From assembly GCA_965216875.1 (NCBI GenBank), contig OZ244207.1, forward strand, positions 704,001 to 768,000: 64,000 nucleotides of DNA, in the 5' to 3' direction. Below, piece by piece: positions 36,831 to 47,472 of this stretch. Within the stretch, counting starts at the first letter, position 1. Every line of letters begins with the position of its first letter. The translations under genes and the position numbers were made by a program. The notes beneath the pieces are model-generated. The model did not search any database and was not told the DNA's origin. It worked only from the letters and a program-made list of their open reading frames with translations. This stretch comes from Rubripirellula sp. (lineage in GTDB: Bacteria > Planctomycetota > Planctomycetia > Pirellulales > Pirellulaceae).

Positions 36831-39800
36831 ATGCTGGCAGGAAAAACCCGCCTTCGAGGACGCGCTCGGATTGCTCGGAAACGACGTGAACGGCTTGCTG
36901 GACGACGACGCACACAGCGCCGAGCAGAGCTACTTGAACCACGAATGTTGTTGGCCGCTGGTGACCCCGATTTGAGTTTTGGGACCGACGGGATCGCGAC
37001 CTTCAGTGTCGATGCATTGGACACTGATTCGGATGTCACCACAAAGGTCTTTGCCGACAACAGCGTGCTTACGGTAACGCCCATCACTGCAGTCAAGACA
37101 TTGGCCGATGGTTCACCCGACACATCGTATGGGACCAACGGCGTCGCCGTCTCCAATGACACCGTCTTGCGTGGAAAAGCGCTGGTACGCGATGACGGCA
37201 GTTACATCATGGTTGGCCGCGAGCCAGCGATCAGGGGTAGCGATTACCAGTTTTATGGTGTCACCGCGAATGGCCAAGTCGACACAAGTTTTGGAATCGG
37301 CGGAGAGATCGAACATGACTTCTCGCCTCGTTCCATCATCTTTGCCGACGCGGTCTTCGCAAGCGACGGCGGGTTCTATGTCCTCGGCGCGCCAGGCAGT
37401 AGCACGCAGGACGGGATCTACCTGTCTCGGTACGACGTCAATGGAAACGCGGTCACCTCCTTTGGTGAAGACGGATTGCTCTTTGTTCCGTCACCGAATG
37501 GACGCACAGCCGATGGCGAACACTTGCTCTTGGACGAAAACGGAAACCTCTTGGTCGTGGGGCTGAACCGCCAAGAGAACTTCAACGATGAGCTCGTGTA
37601 CTTTGCAAAGGCGACGCCGGACGGCGCTTTGTTGACTTCGTTCGGCGATAACGGGTTCGTCGTTACCGACACACTTGCCGACGCGTTTTCGAACGTTGTC
37701 CAACTGCCCGGCGGCGATCTGGTTGTCACGACAGAAGACCGATTCAATCGGACGATCCCCGAAGACTTTACTGAGATTCATCGCTTTGATTCGCAGGGTG
37801 GCCGCGTCGCCTCCTTCGCTGACGGTGGCACGCTGTCGCTTGGTGAATTGGATATCCGCCAACGAAAGTTTACCGGCGGTTTGGCCGTCGATAGCAGCGG
37901 CCGGATTCTGGTAGCCGGTGATGATGACGATACTGATTTGCTTTTCTTGCGATTGACCAGTGACGGTCAAATCGACACGACATTTGGCGACTTTGGCATT
38001 GCATCCAATGGAGGCCAAAGCGAACTCTTTACGACGATCCCAAATATCGAATTTGACTCGCTCGGGCGCATCGTCACGAGTAGCGTGATTGAGGTGGGAA
38101 GCCAGGATCGACCTGCGGTTTTTCGTTTCGAAAATGAAGATGCGGTTTGTCCGGCACAAGGGTGTGTTCAATTTGCCGAGCAATTCCCGATCGTCAGTGA
38201 AGGGACGGCAACCATCACGCTTGTCCGACAGGATGGAAGTGCCGGCGCGGTGAGCGTCCGTCTCCGCAGTTTGACTGAACGCAACATCGAGGCGACACCG
38301 AATGTCGACTACACGCCGGTCGATACGATCGTCACGTTCGCCGATGGCCAAACCACGGCGACAGCGACGATTGCCATTACCCAAGACAACCTTGACGAAG
38401 CTCCAGAAACGATTCTGCTAGAGATTAGCGAGGCAACGGGCGGCGCGGTTCTTAACAATCCGCAAAAGGCGCGTATGACGATTCAGCGTCAGGGGCTCAA
38501 TCCTGTTGAACTGCGCGATGGATTTGGGACTGGCGGCATCGTTGCCTTACCGTTCGGATCTTCAGACCTTCGGATCGAAGATGTCTTTCACCAAACCGAC
38601 GGCAAGCTCGTCGTCGCTGGCACCGATGTCGAAGATGATGGCGACTTTCTTGTCGTGAGGTTCAACGCTGACGGAACGCTGGATGAGAGTTTCTCGATCG
38701 ACGGCATTCTTACCGCCGACTTCAATCTCGAGGCTGAGACCGCGAACGCGATCGCACAGCAATCCGATGGTGCTCTTATCATCGCGGGGCAAAGTGACTT
38801 TGCTGTCGACGCAGGCGTTGCGCAACCTCGCGCGACGCTGCTAAGACTCCTGCCGGACGGATCGCCCGATCGGAGCTTTGGCATCGGGGGCCGTTTGGTC
38901 GACAACGACCTCAGGCTTGAATCGTATGTCGACGTCCTGGTATTGGACGACGACAGCGTGATCACACTTGGGCAGGTCGATCGTTTTGACGCGACGGCGG
39001 GCGCAACGATTCACACACTTGTTGTGCAAAAACGATTGGCCGACGGGACGCTTGACGCAACGTTCGGCCAGGGGGGCGAGTTGCGGTTTGATGACGTTGA
39101 ATCTCTTAACGGTGGCAAGAAACTTGCATCCGACGAAAACGGAACGCTTTACGTTCTTGGTTCTACCGAAGAGCGAATCGACACCAACACCGCGTTTCGG
39201 ATCGTGCGAAGCCCTGTGTTGATTGCCGTTTCGACATCGGGCGTGCCTGTGTCCGGGTTTGGCACTGGCGGCGTCGAGGTCTTGCGAGAGTTGGGATTCG
39301 ATCCACTCGACAACGTCTTCTCTGGTGGTCTCGCCGCCGATCAAGACGGAAAACCGGTCATCAGTTTCACTCAAAACGTCCGCGACGACCGCGACTTTAT
39401 CAATCAGCGCGCTGCGGTTGTGCGACTGCAGAGCGATGGTAGTCGAGACGTTGGGTTCGGAACGGACGGAATCGCTGTCGCGTCGCACGATGTTGACATT
39501 GAAAGTCATGCCGACGACATCACGTTGACACCCAACGGGCGGATTTGGGTTTCCGGAAGGTTGGAGCTGGACAACTTGAACGAGCAGACGATTGGCGTCG
39601 TTTCTTTCCTGCCTGACGGGACGCCTGATCCAGCAATCGAGAGTATAGGCTTCACCAATTTTGAGGCCGGATTCCAACGGGGTGATGCCAATATCATCAC
39701 ATTGCCAAGCGGCGAAGTGGTCATTGCCGCTCACGCCAATGTCCGTGACGACCAAGGCGACTTCGTCTCGAACATCACGCTGATCAAGGTCGCCGGTGGT

Positions 39801-42800
39801 GAAGCGACCGGCCGGGTCAAATTCGCGCTTGGCGAGGTCGAGGTCGACGAAAATGCCGGCGAGGTTTCGCTTGAGGTCTTGCGCACGGACGGAACGACCG
39901 GAGCGGGCACTGTCGAACTTTCGACGCGTGATGGATCGGCAACGGCCGCAAACGACTATAGCCTTGGCGCAACCGAAATCGCGTTCGCAGATGGTCAAAA
40001 TCGAGCGACAGTCACCATTCAACTGACCAACGACGGTGTTCTTGAAGGCCGCGAGAGCTTCTTCGTTGAATTGGTCAATCCATCAAACGTGCGATTGGGG
40101 ACTCGGACTGAAACGGAAATCACCATTGTCGATGGCCCGGGCGCGATTGCGTTTGCCGAGCCCGTATTTGGTGCAACCGAGAATCAAGACGAGAAGCTCA
40201 TCACGCTTGCACGTAGCAACGGCACCGACGGCGAAGTTTCCGTGCGCGTCACGGGGATCGGCGTCGAAGCGACCGCAGGTGCTGACTTTGTGCCGCTCGA
40301 TGAGGTTGTCACGTTCGCCGAAGGGCAATCGACAGCACAGCTGGCCGTGCGACTGCTTGATGACAACGTTAGCGAAGGAATCGAAACGATTTCGCTGCAA
40401 CTTTCGAATCCCACCGGCGGAAGTGTCTTGGGTGACCAAGTAACATCGGTGTTTGAGATCTTTGACGTCGAACCGTTTCAATCGACAACGGCAGGCGCTC
40501 GTGATGTGACGTTCGGCGAAGCGGGCGCGAGCGATGCGATTCGCGAGATTGATCCCGCGTTCTTTGGGGCAACGATCGCAGTGGCGAACCGACCGGGTGG
40601 TTCGTTTGTCGTTGCCGACGAGAACTTCCGGCTTTTCGGTATACTCGCTGGCGGAGAAATCGATACGACTTTTGGTGAGGGCGGATTCACGTTTGCGGAT
40701 GTTCCCGCGGCGAGCAGTAACGCAGTTCGCTCGGAAGGGTTTGTCGTCGACAACCTGGGGCGGTTCTTGTTGGTGGGACGCCGCAGTCTCGGTTTAGATT
40801 CTGATATCGTCGTGGTTCGTTTTACTGACGATGGCCAAGTCGATAGCTCGTTCGGTACCGACGGGATCGCGGTTGTCGACACCGGGGCGGATGACCGAGG
40901 TTTTAGCGTCGTCGTGGACGGCAGTGATCGAGTGTATGTCGCCGGTTCGAGTGGCGGACTGCTAAGTCGCGTGATGGTTGTCTCGCGGCTTAATCCGGAC
41001 GGGAGCGTCGACGATAGTTTTGCCGACTCAGGCATTCTTCGCTTGCCTGCATCCGAATTGATGGAAGAGGCGACCGCAATCACCATTAGCGATGACCGCC
41101 TGTTGATCGCTGGTCACACCGTTTCGGAATCCGATCAATCGGGCACGGTTGCGTCAACGTCGAACATCGTGGTCCATCGCACGTCGCTTGATGGTGTCAT
41201 CGATAGCGGCTTTGGCGATGCTGGACGTTTCGAAGGCGAATTTGAAGATCGAACCGGAAACACTCTCCAGGATGATCGTGTTCGAAAACTGATTCCGCTC
41301 GATGGCGGTCGAGTGCTTGTGATTGGCTCGACCGATGGCGAGTTCTTGATCGCTCGATTGACAGATTCAGGCGAACTCGACACCTCGTTCGGATTTGGTG
41401 ATGGTTACACGACCGGCGCGATCACTCCCGGCGGCCGTGGAAACGTTGGGATTGATTTTGCCCGCGACGCCATCGTGGACGAGAAGGGTTTGATCACCGT
41501 CGTCGGCGTGAGTGAACCACGCGATGAACTTGCCGTCGTCCGGCTACTCGAGAACGGTTTGCCCGACCCCGATTTCGGGATTCGAGGCGCGCGGCTTTTC
41601 ACTCAAGGAGATGCTGCTCGGGGTGGTGACGCCATCGTTGCTGCCGAGGGAGGCGGGTTGTTGGTAAGCACGAGTCGCGGGCAAGTGCTGAAGTTGCTCG
41701 AAACGACTGTGTGCCCGCCGGGTGGTTGCGTTCAGTTTGCGACACTTGATAACACCGTCGATGAATCGACTCAGACGATCGACATTCGTGTGAGTCGCCC
41801 TGCGGGTCGCAGCGAAGGCGTGGTCACCGTCGACTACATGACCGTTGATGGCTCGGCCGAACAGGGGACGGACTACATTGCGAATTCGGGCACATTGACG
41901 TTTCAAGATAACGAATCGTCGAAAGTGATTTCGATCGAGATCGTCAATGACGAAATCTTCGAATCGGATGAGACGTTCTTCATTGTTCTTGATAATCCGA
42001 GCGGCGGTGCCGTGCTCGGCGCGCAGTTTGTTGTCCCCGTCGCGATCCGCAATGACGAGACCCAAGTGCCGGAGCACTTTGTTTCGGTGACCAGCGGAAC
42101 GTTCGCAGAGGATGCTGGCCAGGCAAATATCCGCATTCGCACTTTCTCGTCCATCTTTGGTGCGGAACGGACCGAGCCGATCGAACTGAGTTACACGACT
42201 GTGGCGACCGGTACGGCGACTGCTGGCGTTGACTACACGCCCACGTCGGGCACCGTCACGATTGCTCCCGAAGATTCCCAGGTGTTTGTCCCCGTTCCCA
42301 TCGTGTTCGATGATGAGATCGAGGAGACGGAAACGTTTCGATTTGTGATTTCGGCGGTGACCGGCGCCACACTTTCGCTTTCGAGCGTTGATATCCGTAT
42401 TGCGCATATCGAGTCGACGACTTGCGAAGCTGGTCCAGGAACGCCGCTGGATCATTTTGGCAGCGATGGGTTCTCGGCTGTCGATCCGAATCCAGCGACA
42501 AACAATGACACCGGTCCTATCTTCACGGACGTTGGGCCCAATGGGCGCATCGTGCAACTTGGATCTCTTGATTCGAGGCAAAGCGGAATCAGCGTCATTC
42601 GCACTCTTGCAGACGGGACGCCTGACACGACCTTTGGTGATGGCGGCGTGGTTCGTTTGCCCTCCGTTCAAAATGGCGGCACACAGGCGGACGAAATCTT
42701 CGAATTGCCGAGAGCCGTTCGGCAGCTTGGCGATGGCAAGGTCTTGGTGGTGGGGCAAGCCAGTAATGATCGAGTGAACAATCTGTTTGTTGTTCGTCTC

Positions 42801-45800
42801 AATGCAAACGGTTCGCTCGATGCTTCCTTTGGCGACGGGGGAATCGCCTTCACTCCGCTCGCGAACTTTGACGTTTCGTTAAGTTCGGCCGTGATCGCAC
42901 CCGACGGTTCGATCTATCTGTCAGGTAGCGCCGGAGTTGAGTGGCGATCAAACAATTCCAGTTTCTATGGCCGGGTCGTTGATCCCAATACGTCGGTTCC
43001 CGTTGCGTTCACGACTTCACATCGGACCGTTTCCGCGATTATGCGAGTGTCACCGGATGGCCAATTGGACACGACTTTCGGAAGCGGCGGTGGCATCTTG
43101 CTATCCGGTGGTGCAAGCGTTTCAACCATCGGTTTTGATCCCAGTGGAGCGACAATTCTTGTGCTCAACGGTTTCGAGCTCAAGCCCGACGCGAATACTT
43201 CGCAGTCGGTTGTTCGACTGAACCAGGATGGTTCGATCGACGATTCATTTTCGGATGACGAGTTCTTTCCGGCTGTCGAGCCGCCTGATGAGTTTCCGGG
43301 ATTTGAAGACTTCGAGATTACTGGAGTGCGAGGCGAGTCTCAGATTTCGCGACTTGTACCAACCAACGACGGTTTCGTTGCGTTGACGACCGTCTTCTTC
43401 TTCGCTGAGATCGCTGAGTTTGGGACGGAGTTTTTTGTGAGTTCCGCGACCACGGTTTCACGTCATCTTGCCGACGGTTCACTGGTCACGAGCTTTGTGA
43501 ATGACGGAGTGACACGGTTGCCCGACGAGCTTGGAGTGGCCGTGCAGTCGATCGCCGTACAACCCGACGGTCGCGTGGTGCTCGCAGGTCAGGCGCTGGG
43601 CCAACTGGCGCTGAATCGGTTGCGCCCTGACGGCCAATTCGACGCGGGCTTTGGCGGACTTGGGTTGCTGCGCGTACCCAACACAACTGTCTCGTTTGGG
43701 GCCAACGTGCAATTGATTGGCGCTACGGACGAAGCGACCACCATTTCCTACCGCGACCAAAACGATTTTACGTTGGTCGGATTGAGTTCGGGGCCATCGG
43801 TCGGTGCCGTGCGTTTGGGGCGATCAACGACAAGCATTGGTGAAGATGGCGGCTCAGTGGAACTACTTTTGCGACGTGTGTGCGGAGTCGACGGCGCGAT
43901 CTCCGTGAACGTTGCCACTTCCAACGGGACAGCGACAGGTAGTGTGGATTACACGCCGATCAACCTCACCGTTGACTTTGCCGATGGCGAGTTTGAGCAG
44001 TTGGTCTCCGTCCCGATTGTCGACAACGGGCAACTTGATGGCGACCGAGATTTCACCGTCAGCTTATCCAATCCTGTTGGCGGTGCGACGATCACAACCG
44101 TGACCACGACAACGGTGACCATCATCGACGACGAACAACCGGGGCGGATTCAATTCGTTGGCGGTCCGGTTACGGTTGACGAAACCGACGCGTTTGCAAC
44201 GGTGACGCTGGAACGGATCGACGGCGATGGTGGAACGGCTACGGTTTTGGTCACGCCAACGGGGACGGCAACCGCCGGCCAGGACTACACGTTCCAGTCA
44301 TCGGTCGTGACCTTTGCTGATGGTGACCGTTCCCAAACGCTCCAGATCCCAATCATTGATGACGATTTGGTCGAACCGTCACTTGAGTCGATTGTGCTTA
44401 CGCTTTCGGATCCTTCCGCAGCCTCTCTCGGTTTCCTGACGACGACGACGGTGACGATCGCCGACGACGATTCCGTCACACGTCCACCCGAAGGGACGTT
44501 TTCGGTTAGCGTCAATTCCGCGACGGTTGGTGAGGCCGACGGCGTTGCGACGTTCACGATCAACCGAACCAATGGCGACAGTGGACAAGTTGTCGTCAAT
44601 TATGCAATCACCTCGGACACTGCGACGCTCAATGCGGATTACCTTGGCGGCAGTGGTCAGGTCTCGTTCGCCGATGGGCAAATGACACGCACGGTTTCGG
44701 TGCCAATCATCGATGACAATACGATCGAGGGTGACGAATCCATTCTCGTTTCGATCACAACGGTCGATCAAGGTCGGATCGACTTAGACAACGCGAGTTC
44801 AACGATCACCATTTTGGATGACGACTCAGCCGGCATTATGCTTGATTTCGGTGACGCCCCCGATTCCTACAGGACACTCGCGGCAAACGATGGGCCGAGT
44901 CATGTCGTCGGCAGTGGATTGGTGTTGGGCCAATCGGTAACGTCCGACGCGGATGGAACGCCATCGGCCAGTGCAGACGGCGATTCCGATGACGACGGTG
45001 TGGTCGGTCTCGCCGCGTCTCTCACGCCTGGCCAGAGTGTGGATGTCGATGTAACCGCCTCGATTCCAGTGGGCATTGCGGGCGCGGCTGTCCAAGGCTG
45101 GATCGACTTCAATCGTGACGGTGAATTTGGCGAAAACGAACGCGTGGTCACGAACGAGTTTTACGGCATGTCAGAAACCAGAGCCCTATCGATCGCGATC
45201 CCCGAAGATGCGGAGATCGGAACCACCTATGCCAGGTTCCGAATCAGCACGCTTGGTTCTCTATCGCCCGTTGGCAATGCGCCCGATGGCGAGGTCGAGG
45301 ATTATCTGTTGACGATCGGCAATCAACCCAACACAGCGCCAACCGTCGATGCGGGCGGACCCTATGCCGTTGATGAAGGCGGCTTGCTGGCGTTGATGGC
45401 GACGGGGAATGACGCAGAAGACGGCGCTAACATTACCTATGAATGGGACTTCGATTTCGATGGTACGACCTTTGACGTCGATGCAAGTGGTCGCGACGTC
45501 AACCTCTCTCAAGTCCTGGATCCACCAAGCAGCTTTGTTGTGGCCGTGCGTGCTACCGATACCGGTGGACTTTCGACGATTGATACTGCGACTGTGACCG
45601 TCAATAACCTCGCACCAATCATCTCGTCGGATCAAGCCGAAGTGACTGCCGTCGCGAACACTCAAGCAACTGCCATGGGAAGCTTCAGCGACCCCGGTCT
45701 CGACCCGGTATTGTTGTCGGCCTCGGTTGGAACGGTCACCGGATCGGGCGGACGATACACGTGGACGGGACCAAGCAACGCGGGTGTCGTGACGATCACG

Positions 45801-47237
45801 GCGACTGATGATGACCAAGCTTCATCGACAACCAGCTTTACGGTTCGTGAAGTCGCCGAGAATACACCGCCAACGGTCGATGCGAACGGACCTTACAGCG
45901 TGAACGAAGGCGAGACGCTGGTTCTCGCGGCCAGCGGTTCGGACGCCGAGGATGGGAACCAGATTACCTACGAATGGGATCTGTCGTTTGACGGAACGTT
46001 CAATGTTGACGCGACGGGGCAAAGCGTGTCGGTGCCACAGGTGCTTGACCCACCCGATTCGTTCGTTGTCGCTGTGCGAGTGACGGACAGCGGCGCGTTG
46101 AGCGCGACGGATACAGCGACCGTGAATGTCGTGAACCTGCCGCCGACGATTTCGGCGGATCAATCAATCGTCGTCACGCAGCCTGGGACCAACGCGACGA
46201 TGAGTGGAGATTTTGCCGACCCGGGAAATGATCCGGTGACGCTTACTGCATCCATTGGCTCGGTCACCGGCAATGCCGGACGTTTCACTTGGATTGGACC
46301 AGCCGACGCTGGCACCGTGACGATCACCGCGACTGACGACGACGACGCATCGGCAACGACCACGTTCACCGCGCAGGAAGCTGTAAACAATCCACCCACG
46401 GTCGATGCCGGTGGTCCCTATTCGGTTGACGAAGGAGCTTCGGTTCAATTGACGGCCACGGGCAACGACATCGAAACCGATGCGGCGAATTTGGTTTTCG
46501 CTTGGGATCTCGACGGCGATGGTGAGTTTGACGACGCGACTGGCCGAGTGATCACGGTATCAAACGTTCAAGATCCGCCAACAAGCTTCGACGTTTCGGT
46601 GCGAGTGACGGATGGCGGCGGCATCTCGGCTACCGATACAGCAACGATTGGTGTCAACAATTTGCCGCCAACGATTCAAGCTGATCGCGTCTCGCTCGTT
46701 GCAACCGAAGGAACGCAGGTGACCGCTGGCGGTAGCTTGTCCGATCCAGGTGACGATCCTCTTCAGTTGACGGCGTCCGTCGGAACGGTCACTGGCAGCA
46801 ACGGTCGCTATGTTTGGAACGGTCCAAGTGACGCTGGTTCGGTCACCATCACCGTGACTGACGACAACGGTGCGACCGACAGCACGACGTTCACGATTCG
46901 TGAGATTCCCGTTGGCGGTGGATCGGTTCCGTGGCTTCCTGGGATTGATCCCCTCGCCGCGAGGACGGATGTCAATCGAGATGGGCGGACGTCCGCGCTC
47001 GATGCTTTGATGGTGATCAACTTCTTGGGCGCAAGCCGGTTGGCCGAAGGCGATACCGCAGGCATGCCGGTCGACGCATCGATCTATGACGTGAACGAAG
47101 ACGGTCGCGTGAGTGCGCGAGATGCGTTGGCAATCATCAATCGCATCAGTCGCCAGACGGTAGCTGAAAGCGAAGAGATTGATCGTGTGATCGGCGACGT
47201 CGAAACCTGGGTCGATGAACAAGGTCAGTTGTTCTAA
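36831..47237 (+). CDS. Giant secreted/surface protein 1 (3468 aa): LEPRxLL leader, 4 delta-60 repeat blocks, ~8 Calx-beta, GEVED, 3 PKD/Ig-like pairs, dockerin-like tail
   Basis: ELLEPRMLLA; recurring G.LD.SFG..G; TATAG.DY and I.DD...E..E motifs; DFGDAP...GWIDFN...GEVEDY; AGGPY.V.EG three times; DVNRDGRTSALDAL. Confidence 0.9.
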   Translation: MLAGKTRLRGRARIARKRRERLAGRRRTQRRAELLEPRMLLAAGDPDLSFGTDGIATFSVDALDTDSDVTTKVFADNSVLTVTPITAVKTLADGSPDTSYGTNGVAVSNDTVLRGKALVRDDGSYIMVGREPAIRGSDYQFYGVTANGQVDTSFGIGGEIEHDFSPRSIIFADAVFASDGGFYVLGAPGSSTQDGIYLSRYDVNGNAVTSFGEDGLLFVPSPNGRTADGEHLLLDENGNLLVVGLNRQENFNDELVYFAKATPDGALLTSFGDNGFVVTDTLADAFSNVVQLPGGDLVVTTEDRFNRTIPEDFTEIHRFDSQGGRVASFADGGTLSLGELDIRQRKFTGGLAVDSSGRILVAGDDDDTDLLFLRLTSDGQIDTTFGDFGIASNGGQSELFTTIPNIEFDSLGRIVTSSVIEVGSQDRPAVFRFENEDAVCPAQGCVQFAEQFPIVSEGTATITLVRQDGSAGAVSVRLRSLTERNIEATPNVDYTPVDTIVTFADGQTTATATIAITQDNLDEAPETILLEISEATGGAVLNNPQKARMTIQRQGLNPVELRDGFGTGGIVALPFGSSDLRIEDVFHQTDGKLVVAGTDVEDDGDFLVVRFNADGTLDESFSIDGILTADFNLEAETANAIAQQSDGALIIAGQSDFAVDAGVAQPRATLLRLLPDGSPDRSFGIGGRLVDNDLRLESYVDVLVLDDDSVITLGQVDRFDATAGATIHTLVVQKRLADGTLDATFGQGGELRFDDVESLNGGKKLASDENGTLYVLGSTEERIDTNTAFRIVRSPVLIAVSTSGVPVSGFGTGGVEVLRELGFDPLDNVFSGGLAADQDGKPVISFTQNVRDDRDFINQRAAVVRLQSDGSRDVGFGTDGIAVASHDVDIESHADDITLTPNGRIWVSGRLELDNLNEQTIGVVSFLPDGTPDPAIESIGFTNFEAGFQRGDANIITLPSGEVVIAAHANVRDDQGDFVSNITLIKVAGGEATGRVKFALGEVEVDENAGEVSLEVLRTDGTTGAGTVELSTRDGSATAANDYSLGATEIAFADGQNRATVTIQLTNDGVLEGRESFFVELVNPSNVRLGTRTETEITIVDGPGAIAFAEPVFGATENQDEKLITLARSNGTDGEVSVRVTGIGVEATAGADFVPLDEVVTFAEGQSTAQLAVRLLDDNVSEGIETISLQLSNPTGGSVLGDQVTSVFEIFDVEPFQSTTAGARDVTFGEAGASDAIREIDPAFFGATIAVANRPGGSFVVADENFRLFGILAGGEIDTTFGEGGFTFADVPAASSNAVRSEGFVVDNLGRFLLVGRRSLGLDSDIVVVRFTDDGQVDSSFGTDGIAVVDTGADDRGFSVVVDGSDRVYVAGSSGGLLSRVMVVSRLNPDGSVDDSFADSGILRLPASELMEEATAITISDDRLLIAGHTVSESDQSGTVASTSNIVVHRTSLDGVIDSGFGDAGRFEGEFEDRTGNTLQDDRVRKLIPLDGGRVLVIGSTDGEFLIARLTDSGELDTSFGFGDGYTTGAITPGGRGNVGIDFARDAIVDEKGLITVVGVSEPRDELAVVRLLENGLPDPDFGIRGARLFTQGDAARGGDAIVAAEGGGLLVSTSRGQVLKLLETTVCPPGGCVQFATLDNTVDESTQTIDIRVSRPAGRSEGVVTVDYMTVDGSAEQGTDYIANSGTLTFQDNESSKVISIEIVNDEIFESDETFFIVLDNPSGGAVLGAQFVVPVAIRNDETQVPEHFVSVTSGTFAEDAGQANIRIRTFSSIFGAERTEPIELSYTTVATGTATAGVDYTPTSGTVTIAPEDSQVFVPVPIVFDDEIEETETFRFVISAVTGATLSLSSVDIRIAHIESTTCEAGPGTPLDHFGSDGFSAVDPNPATNNDTGPIFTDVGPNGRIVQLGSLDSRQSGISVIRTLADGTPDTTFGDGGVVRLPSVQNGGTQADEIFELPRAVRQLGDGKVLVVGQASNDRVNNLFVVRLNANGSLDASFGDGGIAFTPLANFDVSLSSAVIAPDGSIYLSGSAGVEWRSNNSSFYGRVVDPNTSVPVAFTTSHRTVSAIMRVSPDGQLDTTFGSGGGILLSGGASVSTIGFDPSGATILVLNGFELKPDANTSQSVVRLNQDGSIDDSFSDDEFFPAVEPPDEFPGFEDFEITGVRGESQISRLVPTNDGFVALTTVFFFAEIAEFGTEFFVSSATTVSRHLADGSLVTSFVNDGVTRLPDELGVAVQSIAVQPDGRVVLAGQALGQLALNRLRPDGQFDAGFGGLGLLRVPNTTVSFGANVQLIGATDEATTISYRDQNDFTLVGLSSGPSVGAVRLGRSTTSIGEDGGSVELLLRRVCGVDGAISVNVATSNGTATGSVDYTPINLTVDFADGEFEQLVSVPIVDNGQLDGDRDFTVSLSNPVGGATITTVTTTTVTIIDDEQPGRIQFVGGPVTVDETDAFATVTLERIDGDGGTATVLVTPTGTATAGQDYTFQSSVVTFADGDRSQTLQIPIIDDDLVEPSLESIVLTLSDPSAASLGFLTTTTVTIADDDSVTRPPEGTFSVSVNSATVGEADGVATFTINRTNGDSGQVVVNYAITSDTATLNADYLGGSGQVSFADGQMTRTVSVPIIDDNTIEGDESILVSITTVDQGRIDLDNASSTITILDDDSAGIMLDFGDAPDSYRTLAANDGPSHVVGSGLVLGQSVTSDADGTPSASADGDSDDDGVVGLAASLTPGQSVDVDVTASIPVGIAGAAVQGWIDFNRDGEFGENERVVTNEFYGMSETRALSIAIPEDAEIGTTYARFRISTLGSLSPVGNAPDGEVEDYLLTIGNQPNTAPTVDAGGPYAVDEGGLLALMATGNDAEDGANITYEWDFDFDGTTFDVDASGRDVNLSQVLDPPSSFVVAVRATDTGGLSTIDTATVTVNNLAPIISSDQAEVTAVANTQATAMGSFSDPGLDPVLLSASVGTVTGSGGRYTWTGPSNAGVVTITATDDDQASSTTSFTVREVAENTPPTVDANGPYSVNEGETLVLAASGSDAEDGNQITYEWDLSFDGTFNVDATGQSVSVPQVLDPPDSFVVAVRVTDSGALSATDTATVNVVNLPPTISADQSIVVTQPGTNATMSGDFADPGNDPVTLTASIGSVTGNAGRFTWIGPADAGTVTITATDDDDASATTTFTAQEAVNNPPTVDAGGPYSVDEGASVQLTATGNDIETDAANLVFAWDLDGDGEFDDATGRVITVSNVQDPPTSFDVSVRVTDGGGISATDTATIGVNNLPPTIQADRVSLVATEGTQVTAGGSLSDPGDDPLQLTASVGTVTGSNGRYVWNGPSDAGSVTITVTDDNGATDSTTFTIREIPVGGGSVPWLPGIDPLAARTDVNRDGRTSALDALMVINFLGASRLAEGDTAGMPVDASIYDVNEDGRVSARDALAIINRISRQTVAESEEIDRVIGDVETWVDEQGQLF

Positions 47238-47472
47238 CGCCAGGATGGTTTGTCGTCTCGGCGGCAGCGCCCGAGCTACATCCGCCACTGCAATCCTCTT
47301 GATGACGCACCAGTGTACAGGTCGTCAGTGATCACGCCCGAGGTCCGGGAGAATTGGCATTTCGAATGCCACATTTTCGGAACCTTGGCGGCGTGATGAA
47401 TACCATGGTGCTGTCGAAATCATAGATTCCGACATCGTGGTCTTGGATCGAAGAAATGCATGGGTAGTGGTG

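Noticed and set aside
38841..42758. Long antisense ORFs (393 and 404 aa) and similar ones opposite other genes
   Set aside because: Shadow frames produced by codon bias of the sense genes, with no recognisable motifs.
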